64,000 bases of DNA from Octopus vulgaris (Eukaryota): contig OX597822.1 in NCBI GenBank assembly GCA_951406725.2, forward strand, positions 82,088,001 through 82,152,000, given 5' to 3'. The notes below the pieces were generated by a model. The model had not been told where the DNA came from and ran no database searches. It saw only the letters and a program-made list of their open reading frames with translations. This document shows positions 38,155 to 51,990 of the stretch, piece by piece. Position numbers and translations under genes: made by a program. Position 1 is the stretch's first letter. Each line of letters opens with the position of its first letter.

Positions 38155-41114
38155 TGAGGTATAGAAAGGAAGTGTGGAAGAGGAAGGGAGGGATAATGAG
38201 AATAAGAGATGAAAGTGGTTCTATGGATGGGAGGAGGTAACTGGTAGCGCCACACACACACATGCAAATATAAAGGATCAGACATGTAAGAATTGAATGA
38301 AACACATTTTGTTTGATCAATCGAATGCGAAGTGTAATTCTATAAAATTCTCAAGCAATTCGCTTCTCAACTCCATGATTCCAGGTTCAGTCCCACTGCA
38401 TGGCACCTAGGACAAGTCTCTTCTACTATAGTCTTGGGCCAAATAAAACTTTGTGAGTCAATTTTGTAGACAGAAACTGAAAGAAGTTCATCGTGTATAT
38501 GTGTGTGTTGGTGCGTTTGTCTCTGCTCCCCACCACTGCTTGACAACCAGTGTAGCATAGTGGTTCAGTAAAAGAGACTGATAGAATAAGTACCAGGCTT
38601 GGGGTTGGTTCATTTGACTAAAATTTCTTCAAGGCAGTGCTCCAGCATGGCCATAGTTTAATGACTAAAACAAGTTAGAGATAGAAGATAAGTCAGAGTA
38701 TTTAAAACCAGAGAGAGCATTCACATAAAACAAATCCATATGAAAATGTCTATTAAATGTTTGGCCAAGTCATGTTTCCTATTCAGCTTGCTCCATCAGC
38801 TCATTCTAACAAAAAAGGGAGAGCAGTGATTGCTCCATGCTCCATTGCAAACACAAGGTATCTTCTGAGTGCTTACCGTTTTAAATAAATAAATTAAAGA
38901 AATAAATCTAATAAAATGAACAAAAGATCATTTGGGATTTGTTAATCTCTTTGTTAAGATAAAGATACTTCTGCAAAAACTTGTTTTAATGTGTTTCTAA
39001 GATATGAAAAGCAAACTGATGGAATTGTTAGGAGGCTGGAGGAAACACTTAGAGGCATTTCATCTGTCTTTACATTCTGAGTTCAAATTCCGCCGAGGTA
39101 GACTTGGCCTTTTATTCTTTCAGGGCCAATAAAATAAGTACCAGTTATGTACTGGGGTCAATGTAATCAACCAGCCGCCACCACCACCACCACCACCAAA
39201 AAAAGAAACCAAAAAAACTTCAGGCCTTGTGCCTATAGAAGAAAGGATTATCATCATCATCAAGGCAGTGAAATGGCAGATCCGTTAGATGCCAAGTGGC
39301 AAGTTGTTCATTTTTAGGTTCTGAGTTCAAATTCTGCCGAGGTAGACTTTGTCATTCATCCTTTCAGGGCCAATGAAATAAGTACCAGCTGAGCACAGGG
39401 GTTGATCTAATTAACTTAACCCCTTCCCTGAAATTCCAGGCCTTGTGGCAAACAAAATTTGAAACCAATCTGATTCTAAAATATATTTCTATCAAAACAA
39501 ATGTAACAATTGTATAGAGTCATCTCAAGCATTAAATAGAAAAGATGTGAATAGCAGAGTGAAGATTGGATAGAACGGTAAATGCATGTTGTGGCTGTGA
39601 GTTGTCATCATTGTTACTACCATGACTGTCATTGTCATCAGCATCATCCCCCCCTATTGTCCTCATCACTCTCATCAGCACAGCCACCATCATCAGTCAT
39701 CATCATTATTTTAACATTCACTTTTCTATGCTTGTAAGGTGCCAGACAGAAAGATGTCAATTAACATGACAGTAACACACACATGCATGCACACACTCGC
39801 ACATGCACACGCGCACTCACACACACAGCAGGCTTCTTTCAGTTTCTGTCTACCAAACCCACTCGGCTCAACTATACATGAAAATACTTGCCCAAGGTGC
39901 CATGCAGTGCAACTGAACAGATTTTCTTTCTACAGTTGGATGCCTCTCCTGTCACCAATCTTCACCTCTTTCCAAGCATATCTTCCAAGGTCCAGATCAC
40001 GTTTTCATAGAAAGTTAGAAATAAAGAACATTGCTTCTATAATTGCGATGCACATTTACAACAATCAACAATCCTAATCTCCAAACAAGAAAACAACACA
40101 CAAACACACTTCCTCCATGCATTAACACATACAAACGATTTTACCAACTTGCTACCCTTATAATAATAATAATAATTAACTAATGATTGTCTACATACAT
40201 CATGTTAACATCTAACCTCTTAAATCACAGAATAAGGGAAGGTTAAGCTCCTATCAGTCTGAGTCTATGATGTAGGTTCAAATCTAAAATCCTGCATGAA
40301 ACATTCATATCTTTTAGCTTTTACTTATTTCAGTCTTTGGACAACTTCAGCCATGCTGGAGTACTCTCCTGAAGGGTTTTAGTCAAACAAATCAACACCA
40401 ATATCCATCTTCAGAATCTAATACATTTTCTATAAATAAACTCACACTGGTTGCAAACCACAGATTGTATGGGGGTGCCCAGATATGCACAAACACACAC
40501 ACACACACACACACGATAGGCTTCTACACAGTTTCCCAAATTCACTCGCCTCCAAGGCTATAGTAGAAGACACTTGCCCAAAGTGGAGTCGAGTAGAACT
40601 GAACTCAGGACCACATGCTTCTTACCACACAACCAAGCCTGTGTCTACTCTTGTATCTAACCCTTCTGTTCCAATATCATTGAAGACACAAGAGAAAGAT
40701 AATCCTTGTAATAAGATAATCCCATGTATTAAGATAATCCCTCCAGTAAGCTGACTTGCCCTTAATACAAAAGAACATGAAGACAAAACCTTCTGTTATT
40801 CAAGGATTTGTTGTTTCTTTGTTTTTCATTCTTTATTTTTTTCACTGCTATAAATCCATGTAGTGTTGGCCTATGTTCAAAGACATTCCAGCTGTGACCA
40901 TCCCAGCTTTTTGTACATTTGGAGTATTGTTCAATGTGACTTCTCTTTTTAAGATGGTAGCTAGTTATTTGAAGGGATTTGGCAGCTATTTCTAGTATAT
41001 CAACCAACTGCATAGAAACTCTATCATTGGTTTATGTAAGAATAATGGACTTATCGGTTACAGTGCTCAAATGCACCACAGCGCATCAGAAAAACTAGTC
41101 AAAAATGTATGAAC

Positions 41115-41517
41115 AGGCGCAGGAGTGGCTGTGTGGTAAGTAGCTTGCTTACCAACCATACCAACCACATGATTCCGGGTTCAGTCCCACTGCATGGCAC
41201 CTTGGGCAAGTGTTTTCTACTATAGCCTTGGGCCGACCAAAGCCTTGTCAGTGGATTTGGTAGACAGAAACTGAAAGAAGCCCATTGTACATATATGTAT
41301 GTGTGTGTTTGTATGTCTGTGTTTGTCCCCCCCAACATCGCTTGACAACCGATGCGGGTGTGTTTACATCACCGTAACTTGGTGGTTCAGCAAAAGAGTC
41401 CAATAGAATAAGTACTAGGGTCACAAAGAATAAGTCCTGGGGTCGATTTGCTCACCTAAAGGCAGTGCTTCAGCATGGCCGCAGTCAAATGACTGAAACA
41501 AGTAAAAGAGTAAAAAG
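41115..41517 (+). mobile_element. Full-length family A SINE nested in a CR1 tail
   Basis: Near-consensus copy; flanks 41050-41110 and 41520-41690 match the CR1 tail at 1200-1370 and 1590-1630. More family A copies at 38362-38690, 50950-51375 and 62796-63165(-). Confidence 0.9.
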
Positions 41518-42453
41518 TGTACATAAAATAATGCACAGGAAGTGAACAGTGAATGAGCCATTAAAATAAAAACAGAGGTGGGGGTGGATCATCAGGTGTC
41601 ATGTTGGTGAGTTTTAGAAAGTATGGAAGTTTTGAAGGATGTAATGTCCAAAAAGCTAATAACTGGTGTGTGTAGTTTGTACTTATGTTTCTTTTCATAC
41701 ATGCATTGGAAGAGTGGTTTTCAGATATCTAGCTTTTTGGTTAGGGCACTGCGTGGCTCAATCATAATGTTATGGGGTTGATTGTTGTATCAGGCAGTGA
41801 TCAAATCCTTGAGCAAGGTTCTTCCCTTCATGTTGATCCAGTGTACTCAGATGAGAATGAGTTCTGCTGGGCCAAGGGCAGGAGGGTCACAAGAACATCT
41901 GTGTCTGCTCTGCAACTAATTAGGTATGTGACACAAGTAGCAAAACTAAGGTATACGCTACCAAATTTCACTCGCTACCAATTGACTGCTGCAAGCGAAA
42001 TGGTTACATTGGAACAATTGTTTTTACCATTCAATATGCTAGCACTGACTACTAACCATCCTACCAACAAATCATCATCATCATTATCTAGTATCCACTT
42101 TTCCATGCTTGCATGAATTGGATGGAATTTGTTGAGATGGATTTTCTTAGGTCAGATGCCCTTCCTGTCACCAATTCTCACTAGTTTCCAAGGAAAGTAA
42201 TATTTCCTCATGACCAGACATGTCTCAGAAGACTGTATGAGACAGGAACCGCTTGAAGATAGTGACAGTTGCTTACAACTTATGTGATGTCAAGGCAAGG
42301 AAACAGCAACACACACACACACACACACAATATTTTACCAGAAAGCAATGCCTGTATATTCTATATAATCATGCCATACCACTCACAACTAACCATTCTA
42401 TGAAGAACTGTATTCTATATAATCACATCTTTGTTTTCTTCTTGTTACAATAG

Positions 42454-42537
42454 ATTTCACCAGAGGACAACAGAAAGCCTGATTTTTCAGAGATAGTGAG
42501 AGCCAGTTCTGAACCTCCATGTAGTCAAAGAATTAAG
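42454..42537 (+). CDS. Candidate 84-nt internal coding exon (ISPEDNRKPDFSEIVRASSEPPCSQRIK)
   Basis: Polypyrimidine acceptor ttgttttcttcttgttacaatag, strong donor AAG|gtaaga, open phase 0-0 frame, unique sequence. Confidence 0.45.
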
Positions 42538-43327
42538 GTAAGATATAAAACAATCTCCCAAACACTTTTGCTTATTTTTTTTATAGTTTTCTTTTATGAA
42601 TTTGCTTAATTTTTTTGCTTTATAAATACAGGTTTTGACATTCTAAACTTTTCCAGAATTTAATTTTACACCATTAAAGGGCAACTAGAACGAATGTCTT
42701 TAAATAATATTTAAATAATATTTAGAGGCAAAGTGGTTACGGTATGATTGTAGGTTCACCAGTTCAATTCCCAGCAGTGTGATTTGGCCTTTCTTTCATG
42801 TTCCCCCACTCCAATCAGCTGGCAAAAATGAGCAGAACCCGTGTTTTAAGGGGCCAACCTGGTCACATTCTGTGTCACACTATAGAACTACATTAAGGGT
42901 ACATGTGTCTGTGGAGTGCTCAGTCACTTGTATGTTAATTTCAAGAGCAGACTGTTCCATTGATCGGATCAACTGGAACCCTCATTATCATAACCGACGG
43001 AGCATCAGTCAGACATAATCAACAAATTTACTATTCTTTTATGACTATTATTTCTGTTGTTATCCTTGAATATCTACAGAATATATGTCTATACTTAAAC
43101 ATGTGTGTGTGTGGGTGGGTGTATGTGTTAAATAAATAAAAAGTTACATGTATATTCTGATTAAATCTTCCATGTGTTAACATGTACCTTCTTGCAACAA
43201 TGTAAACTTTCATTTAATCAAGATATCTTGACTTGGATATTTACCACTTCTGAGGTTCTGTTCACGATGAAACATATGTAGCCTGGATTTTATCTATCTC
43301 CATTCCTTAACTCTTGTGTGTGTATAC

Positions 43328-43376
<49 letters not shown>

Positions 43377-43718
43377 GATATGCTTGAGTGTGTATAAGTG
43401 AGTAGGAATGTATGGCAGTTTATCACTAATCAAATTCCAGCCCGCTCTCAACACTATTGCCATCTAAACCATTTACCATTGTTATCTTATTGTTGTCTTC
43501 GATCTGTGACAACTTCAGTTATTGATCTTTCCTTTTTGTTTTCCCCCCTTAGACATCCTGACAACAGTTATTCTTTCTTTCTATGTTTATTTCATTGATA
43601 ACATAATACCCTGCCTTTACTTAACTGCAGTATAGGGAATGTTCTAATAAGTTTATAGACAATTCTACCTTGTCTATCAACTGATATTGATAAATAATAA
43701 TGGATTAAATTACTATTT

Positions 43719-43809
43719 TCTTCTGAAGACCTGGTATTTCATTGTGATTATGCAATCATATATGTAATGCACAACATATTTGAATACATTAGTGAAATAC
43801 ATGTAAAGA
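43719..43809 (+). ncRNA. Hammerhead ribozyme motif with long stem II
   Basis: TCTT-CTGAAGA-[64-nt imperfect hairpin]-GAAA-TACATG-TA-AAGA: stem I UCUU/AAGA, palindromic TACATGTA. Confidence 0.6.
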
Positions 43810-45116
43810 TTATATAATTCATGATGTTATGATAAAATAGATAAAGTAAATCTATTTGATTCTGCTCTGATTATTCTTATGCATTTAACAAAAGAAAATC
43901 AGGACAAATTTTATTTAATACATGGTTGGAATTTGGATATTCATAGATTTACATGAGCATTGGTTAATCATTATACCATTTCATTTGAATCAGCAATTCA
44001 ATAATATATATATAAGTTTGACTGTTGGATGAAAGCTAGCAAACCAAAATTTTGAAGTCAATGTCTGTCCCTTCTGGTCAAAGTTTGTTAAACATGTACT
44101 TTACTAAAAAAAAGCATTGAGTAATTCTTCAATTTTAATGTTAAAATTTTACAACAAAGAAAAACACTGATATATTAAAAAAATTGTTTTACTGGGGGTA
44201 ACTGTGATGTCTATTATTTTTAGAGGTTATGAGCAAAAGCACCCTTCAATCATTGGGCAATATGCTGTGCTTGTGAAGACCTGTTGAACTGAGTGAAATA
44301 GTAGTCATGGCTAATGTCAGTGCCATCTGACTGGCACCCATGCCAGTGGCACATGAAAAACATCATTCAAGTGTTGGGCCTCAAGGAGGTAGTGACAGGT
44401 GACCAAGACCTTTGGCGATATATTGTGCTGTGAAGCTTGCAGAAATGTTAGCACACCGGGTGAAATGCTTAGTGGTATTTTGTCTGTCTTTAGTTTCTGA
44501 GTTCAAATTCCACTGAGGTCAACTTTACCTTTCAAGGTCGATAAATTAAGTACCAGTTGAGTACTGGGGTTGATCTAATTGACTGGCCCCCTCCCCAAAA
44601 GTTTCTGGCCTTGTGCCTAGAGTAAAAAAGAAAAGAATATAACGTACTTGTATGGACCTGTCAAGCTGAGTGAGACCATAGTTGTTGCCGATGCTGGTGT
44701 CGGGTCAATGGAAGCCATGCCAGTGGCACATAAAAATCACCCACTAAACTTTCAGAGTGGTTGGTGTTAGGAAGGGCATCCAGCTATAGAAACTTTGCTA
44801 AATCAGATCAGAACCTGGCTTACCAGTTTTCAATCAAACCATCCAATCCATGCCAGCATGGAAATCAGATGTTAAATGGTGATGATGATGTGGATAGATG
44901 TAAATTTTTGTGATTCTCTGTTCAAGGAAGAAAGTAGCTCTGAAGATCTGTTGTAATGTGTGTGTATTTTGTAGACATGCAGGAAGGTTGTATTGGTAGG
45001 TTTATGCTAAAGAATGACTCCTTGGAGTCATTTCATGAGAAAAATTACAGACTCTTAGTTTTGCTTCTGTTGTTACTGATAAAGCAGTGATGGCAGGGAA
45101 GTAAAAGTGGGCTTGG

Positions 45117-45295
45117 GTGATGATGATGATGATGACGACGATGACAATGATGATGATGACGACGATGACAATGATGACGATGATGATGACAATGATGACG
45201 ATGATGATGATGATGATGACGATGATGATGATGATGATAGTGGTGAACCTGTTGCTATTGTTGCTGATGATGTTGCTGATGATGATCAGAATGAT
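45117..45295. repeat. (GAT/GAC)n microsatellite
   Basis: Direct inspection. Confidence 0.95.
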
Positions 45296-45779
45296 AGTGT
45301 AATTAATGTTGTTACATATTAAAACATCTGCAACTATTAAGGCTTTTAGTTATGAATTTTTTCTCCTACTTTTGTTGTTGTTGTTTTCATTGCTGTACAG
45401 TCATTAATTTTTTGATATGTAATTAAGAAATTACAGTATATGCAGCAGCAGCAGCTGCAGCAGTAGTAGCAGCAGCAATAACAGCAACAGCAACCTGCTA
45501 CTTGCAGAGGAAGTTTATTTGTTCAGTTGTAGATAGGTCTGTCTGTTTAGTTATGTAATTCTTTTGGAGGAAACAAAATAAACAAGAGTAAGAAGAAGAG
45601 ACCACCACTAGCAACTGGAATGTCTTTATGTTTTATGAAAAGCAAAATTGTACAAGCGACATATCATCGAATATCTTCAGAAACTTTTCTTATTACAAGT
45701 TGGACTCCACCATTCTACTAGGACAAAACCTAAAGTCATTACAAAAATAACTCAGTTTTTCACACTATAGATAACTACA

Positions 45780-46070
45780 ACAATGATATGAAAACTGTAA
45801 AGGCTGTTGAGTCTGTAATAATTGGGGCATTGGGATCTGTAAGCAAAGATATAGACAAATGGTTGATGGAGATTGGAACAGAAACTCCTGTAGAGCTTCT
45901 GAAGAAAGTTTGCCTCTTAGGGATAGGGAAGATTATCTGGAGGGTCTGAAGATTATCAGGAGGGTTTGAAGCACTTGAAAGACTATTGAAAGCTCCTAGA
46001 TACCTAAGGTTACAGGTTGTAACCTACAACCCATATAAATTCTACCAAGAATAAGAACGAACCTGAATCA
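45780..46070 (+). mobile_element. R4/Dong-clade LINE 3' end
   Basis: VIIGALGSVSKDIDKWLMEIG..LLKKVCLLGIGKIIWRV* matches the restriction-like endonuclease C-terminal pattern. Confidence 0.75.
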
Positions 46071-46075
46071 AATTA

Positions 46076-46240
46076 TCATATTTTAACGTGTATAAGGAAC
46101 CCCCTAATTTTGGGGGCTTAAAATTTGGAAAAAAAGGTTTTGTGAGGGATTATTATACTATCCATGTATAAGAAACTCCCATATTTTTTTTTAACCTAAT
46201 TTTTGGCAAAAAAGGGTTCCTTATACATGTTAAAATATGG
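46076..46240. mobile_element. pogo/Tigger-type MITE
   Basis: TA|TCATATTTTAACGTGTATAAGGAACCC ... GGGTTCCTTATACATGTTAAAATATGG|TA. Confidence 0.85.
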
Positions 46241-46289
46241 TAATAATAATAATAATAATATTAATTTTTGCCATAAAAAATGTTTAAAC

Positions 46290-46680
46290 TCACTAATAGA
46301 AGCAAAATTTTTTAAGAGTAAACAGAAAATTAAATGTGTTCCACTGAAGTTGTTTGGGAAAAGGATTCCGGGAATGTAGTGGCAAGACCATATAACGAAT
46401 GAAGACATTCTAAATAGAACAAATGCAAGACTGCTTATTGAAACCATCACAGAACAATGATTAAAACTAGCAGGTGACATATTCCAGTAAACAGAACAAA
46501 GCAATTCTAAAAACAAAAACAGCTTTCAAATGGACAACAACAAAAAAAGAGAGAGAGGTAAGGCCAAAATTTACATGGTACCGAACATTTATCACCTACA
46601 TGGGAATGACCAGATGTAGGGAAATTTGCAGCCAACAGGAACCCATGGTTCAATGTGTTCAAGAGCAGAGGATGAATTGA
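46290..46680 (+). mobile_element. RTE-clade LINE 3' fragment
   Basis: WQDHITNEDILNRT..LKLAGDI..RPKFTW. Confidence 0.7.
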
Positions 46681-46889
46681 TAGTGATACTGAGACTGGAA
46701 CCATAAATGGTTCCAGTTTAAGCATCAGGTTCTTGATTTTGTTAGTTGAGACCATTGATCCAATACAAAACTGGTACTTCATTTCCTGGCCTTGAAACAA
46801 GGAATGGTAGAGTTGACCTTGGTAGGATTTGGACTCAGAGTGCAAAGTGCCAAAACAAAGTGTTGCATTTTCTTGATGCTCTAACTACA

Positions 46890-47120
46890 GTGAAGGTGCA
46901 TAGCTTAATTGTTAGGGTGATTGCAAGACTGTGGTTTCAATTCCTGGACAGGGCAATGTGCTGTGTTTTTGAGCAACATGTTGCTCCAGGCCACTCAGCT
47001 GCAAATGAGTAAACTTGCAATGGACTGGAGTCCTATTCAGGGGGAATGTTGTCATCTCAATCCTTTATATACCCTAGAAACCAGGTTATTTGCCTTATGT
47101 GTCCTGGGACTCAAGACAGT
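46890..47120 (+). mobile_element. Old tRNA SINE, CORE head plus V-like tail
   Basis: CAATGGACTGGAGTCCTATTCAGGGGG; similar copies at 55080-55320 and 58772-59020. Confidence 0.65.
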
Positions 47121-47249
47121 AAAGTATAGTGGTTGATGATGATGATGATAACTATATGACTAGCTCATTATTTTGAAGGTATACATAAATAATCAAAGTA
47201 AAAGGTGAAATAGAAAATCTATTACAAGTTGCATATAAATAAATACAGC

Positions 47250-48700
47250 TAATAAAACCAGTCTCAAAACTGGTTTGAGCCAAAGAGGGAGGCCTCTAAG
47301 TAGTAGCAGAACCTTTTTCAAAACAGCTACCATTCCATTTCTCTCATTCACTTTTATATTATTTAATGTTGAGAACGTTTTATAAACATGCACAATATAT
47401 GATGCATACATTATGCATGCATATATAATTAGAAAATGGTTATGAGTGTTTTTGCAAGAATATTAAGAGCACAAAAGTTTTCAGGAATGTAATTTCACAT
47501 TCTCTAAAGTTCATAGTTTAAGTGTTTATTCACAATTACATGTATACATTAACATCCAACTTCTTCTAAATCTTCTCTAAGTGCTCGCAGATAGGACTGG
47601 ATTGAAAGTCAACTAATTGCGTTTCTAGATCTCTTTAAATTCAACCAGTTAAATGCATTTAATTTCAAATCTCTAATCAACACATTAGGATATTTTTAAA
47701 TTGCACTTTATTCTTTCTGAATTTCATAAATCTGAAAATAAAAAAAAAACAGAAACCATACTACCCCATTCTGTCACAACCCTTAGAATTTCTCTAAATA
47801 AACTGTTTTGTGTTTTGTTCAAAATTCTCCTCGTTTCTTCAAAAATATTTCTTAGCTCTTGAGAAGCACTCGAAACTTTTACTTTCTAAAACATGTTGAA
47901 ATATATTTACTTTACTATTGATCAAGCCATACTTTTGACCAAGCCATACATCATAATAAATTTCCACAAAATCCTTGTAGTTAGATATCAAGTTCAATTA
48001 GATGCAATGAAAAATCTATGAAGAACGTAAGATTAATGAGCCAAGCAAAATCACTTAACCAAGGGAAATTATCTTCCATGATTTTCATATCTAAAAACAT
48101 TTAACAAGTTCTTCAAGTATTTGGCCACGATTCAACCATCATACGTTAGTAAATCATTATAAACCGCTTGATCTTCATTTAGAAACAAATCCAATTCTTG
48201 TTGATGCAAGGAACTAAGCAACTATTACTCTATCTTTATAACGACTCTCATTGCATCACTGAAGTTTTGAAAGTCTACTTTAGTATACAGTTCTTTCTCA
48301 TAGATAGGAACAAGGAGGTGAGCAATAAATTCTGTGAATTGTTTTATAAAATCAAGACTTTCGTCTTCTGTTTTAGAGGCACCACCAAATATAACCAAAA
48401 TAATTTTCAACAAACTTATTTGTCTTTTATGAAATACTTTAACAACACACACACTTATGTAGGGAGAACTCCCAAACTTAGTTAACTTCACATGAATATA
48501 ATCTCCATGGAAATGTCCAGCAATGATAACTAATCAGACTAATGATGTAATAACAGAAACCTCGTCAAGGACACAAGAATTTAAGTGCTCTTGAATTTGA
48601 TTACCTAATTAGCATTTTCATAACAGTTTTATTCAACTAATTGCGAATTCCTAAATAATTCCAGAGAGCTTTTCATAAGATAATATTGTAGGGAAATTGT
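47250..48700 (-). pseudogene. hAT transposase fossil (Buster/SPIN/GTF2IRD2-like)
   Basis: Minus-strand pieces LDEVSVITS, FGGAS (decayed TDGAP), VYNDLL..WLNRGQIL, WLINLTFFIDFSLHLIELDI*LQG, LETQLVDFQSS and FSTLNNIK lie in the expected order. Confidence 0.8.
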
Positions 48701-49136
48701 TTCTCACTTTATCAAGTGTGATCTGCAAACAGACAGTATGTCTCTGCTTAATTATAAATCATAGGTTCACCATCACTGACCCACAGTTTCCCTCACTGGC
48801 TACTATGGAATACATAGATTTCAGGTGGCATATTGTTACACAGAGGTTAAGGTGACCCCTGTGTAAATAATACGACAATATAATTATTTATCTCAACAAA
48901 TATTTGTATATATCGCCATACAAAACACGAAACATTTGTGTACACACACACACACACATGCTCGTTATGTTAGTGATGAACAGTGAGAATAAGTACTTAA
49001 CACTGCAGTGATAGCCAAATCCAAAGGAGAGATTATTATCACTTCTTAAGTAGAATACTTGAAAATTGCAAACTGTAATTGCACGAAATATGAGATCGTG
49101 TTGAAAATCTTAATAAAGAGAATATCACATATATAG

Positions 49137-49192
<56 letters not shown>

Positions 49193-49202
49193 GTGCACAC
49201 AC

Positions 49203-49245
<43 letters not shown>

Positions 49246-49705
49246 TGCATGCATTTGTGTGTGTGTATCTTTTCCTTGAAATCTTTCCAAATATTCACCT
49301 GAATTAAAGATTCAAAACTGTCAGTGGCTGATATCAAGAAATTTTGAGCTTTTTTTTAATTGGAGTTTGCTCTCATCAAGTGTTTTTCGTGTAATTGCTT
49401 TGCACTGAAGCTCAGGATGTACCTGAAGGCCTAAGCTTGGCTCCAACTAATTGATGATCAGTTCAGCATTCATCACCATTTATGACATTGCTGTTTTTAT
49501 ATCCTGTAGATCACACATACTATTGATAAAGGCAATCACATGCCAGTGTTTTGATCACTGGTGCATCCATGTCCCTTTGTATTTGCCAAGGGGCAGGTTA
49601 TATTCATTTGGAGTTGCAGTCCACTGCTGTTGGTTTACCAAGACAATGCAGACCTCATGCTCAGTTCTTACTCTAGCATCATGATGATTTCAAAAAGAAA
49701 AAAAA

Positions 49706-50067
49706 AACCAAGAGCACTCAGAGAGTGCAAACATCTGCCAAGGCAACACCAATGTCCTCTCAATGATTAGATGGAGAAAATTTTTAAAATAAGAATATCT
49801 GAAATAAATTGGACTGCTCTCACAAATGGGTATACTAAAAATGAACTCAACCACTCTCAAAAATTAAGTAAAAAAACTGGAAAATAGTCCAGAATCCTTG
49901 TCCAGTATCGGATAAATCCCAAAATCTAATCAGTTTGTGCTAGTCATGAGACCAAACATCTCTGAAAGTTTCATTTGAATCCATCCAATGGTTCTTGAGA
50001 TATCTTGTCCATGGACAAACAAACACAACTGGAAACAATACCTCCACTTTCGCTAAGGTGGAGGTAA
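49706..50067 (-). mobile_element. Helentron-associated element (HINE)
   Basis: Terminal palindrome TACCTCCAC..GTGGAGGTA, (GTTT)n, and hairpin GCACTCTCTGAGTGC before a T-run; second copy at 51621-51990. Confidence 0.75.
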
Positions 50068-51062
50068 CAAGTAATTCCAAAGAGGAAGCAAGCAGCAATA
50101 TCAAAAGCAGCAGACAAATGTAGTCAATGTGAAATATGTGAAAGAATGTGTCTTTCTGTTGCTGGTTTTAAGAGCCACATGTGAGGGCATGACGATATGA
50201 AGCAGGTGAAGTATCCCTAGCAACTTGGTTTGAAGGGCGACATGTAAGGGGTGAAGTGATGAAGCCAAAAAGGTGGCATAAAAAGTCATTTATGAAGTCA
50301 TGCAAAGAAAGAAGTTCCTAGACAAAATACTCAAACATGAGTTGACAACTAATGTGTGTATGTGTGCGCATGTGTCTCAAATGTACCATAATGTAATTAG
50401 AAGCTAATATCTAACCTAATAAATCCTGTATATCATTAAATTGATGATGATCCAGCTCTAATCCCAAACTAGACCCTTCATCTAGATCTCATTAAACACA
50501 CAAGCCAATATGAACCCTAACATGAAAATAAGAGACAACAGAAACACACTAAACCCTTACTCCCATACTAGACAATGAAAGAACCCTAAATAACGAGAAC
50601 TAGAACAGGGGATAGCATTGATATGAAGAACTTAAAAGTACATTAAAGAATGAGCCAAAAAAGAAATGTATAAATAACTACATAAATCAAAATAACAATT
50701 TATAAGAAGAGACATCTCACCATCAGCTGCTGTGTTAATAACCATTGTGGTTTCAGCACTAAGCAGTGCCACTCAATCAAACAGTGACACAACATCAAAA
50801 GATATTTCAACATTGCCTAGGAGTTACAAGATATAGTGAAAAAAAAATCGCCACACAGATGTACCTGTAACAGAATAGAGTACCCATAATGCATAAAACA
50901 TATTTTCAAAACCAACAACAGCATAAAAAGTAAATATAGGTGTGGTTCTTGTTTCCAGCTTCAGTCCCACTATGTGGCACCTTGGGCAAGTGTCTTCTAC
51001 TATAGTCTCAGACCAACCAAAGCCTTTCAAGTGGATTTGGTAGATGGAAACTGAAAGAAGCT

Positions 51063-51100
<38 letters not shown>

Positions 51101-51620
51101 TTTCCACCTCAGCATCTGAAACTCGGAGTTTTATCATAGCTACCAAATAATTGTCACATATTACATATATATATATATATATACATGCGTGTGTGTCTGT
51201 GTTTGTCTCCCCATCACTGGTGTTTGTGAAGTTATGCCCCTGTAACTTAGCAGTTCAGCAAAAGAGACTAATAGAATAAGTACTAGGCATAAGAAATAAG
51301 TCCTGGGGTTGATTTGTTTGACCAAAACTCTTCAAGGCAGTGCCCCTGTATGGCTGCAGTCAAATAACTGCAAAAAAAAAAAACAAAAAAACCTATCTAG
51401 TACCCAACAAGGTTCATACCTAAAACACTCTGATAAAGGCACTAAAAATGTAGCATGGCCACAGCCTTAGGAGGGCTGAGATGCATGAAAGAATAAAAAG
51501 AATGAACAGGCATAAACTATTGCTAATTAGACTTCTTTATTCATGACAACTAAAATGGGATTAAATATAATGAAAATGGACATTGCACTAAGGCAGTGTT
51601 AATTACGCTATAAACCAATT

Positions 51621-51990
51621 AAAACAAGAACACTGAAAGAGCACAAACCTCTGTCAAGACAACACCAACGTCCTCTCTCAGCAATTAGCCTGAGATGATT
51701 TTTAAAATGTGAATATCTGGAATAAACTTGAGTGCTCTCACAAATAGGAATACTAAAAATGAACTTGACTGCTCTCAAAAATTAAATAAAAAAACAGAAA
51801 AAATAATCCAGAATCCTTGTCTAGTACCAGATAGATCCCAAAATTTAATCAGTTCGTTCCAGTTATAAGACCAAATATCCCTGAAAGTTTCATCTAAATC
51901 CATTCAGCAGTTTTTGAGATATCTTGTCCACAAACAAACAAAAAAACACAACTGAAAACAATGCCTCTGCTCTTGCTAAAGTGGAGGTAG
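51621..51990 (-). mobile_element. Helentron-associated element (HINE), second copy
   Basis: Collinear with 49706-50067. Confidence 0.75.

Noticed and set aside
43249-43284. GAAACATATGTA hammerhead 3' half
   Set aside because: No intact CUGANGA or matching stem I upstream.
45107-45322. Poly-Asp ORF resembling acidic biomineral proteins
   Set aside because: (GAT)n tracts are ubiquitous here; no signal peptide or exon support.
47580-47760. Strong minus-strand splice acceptor at ~47732
   Set aside because: Inside the hAT fossil, and the downstream frames contain stops.
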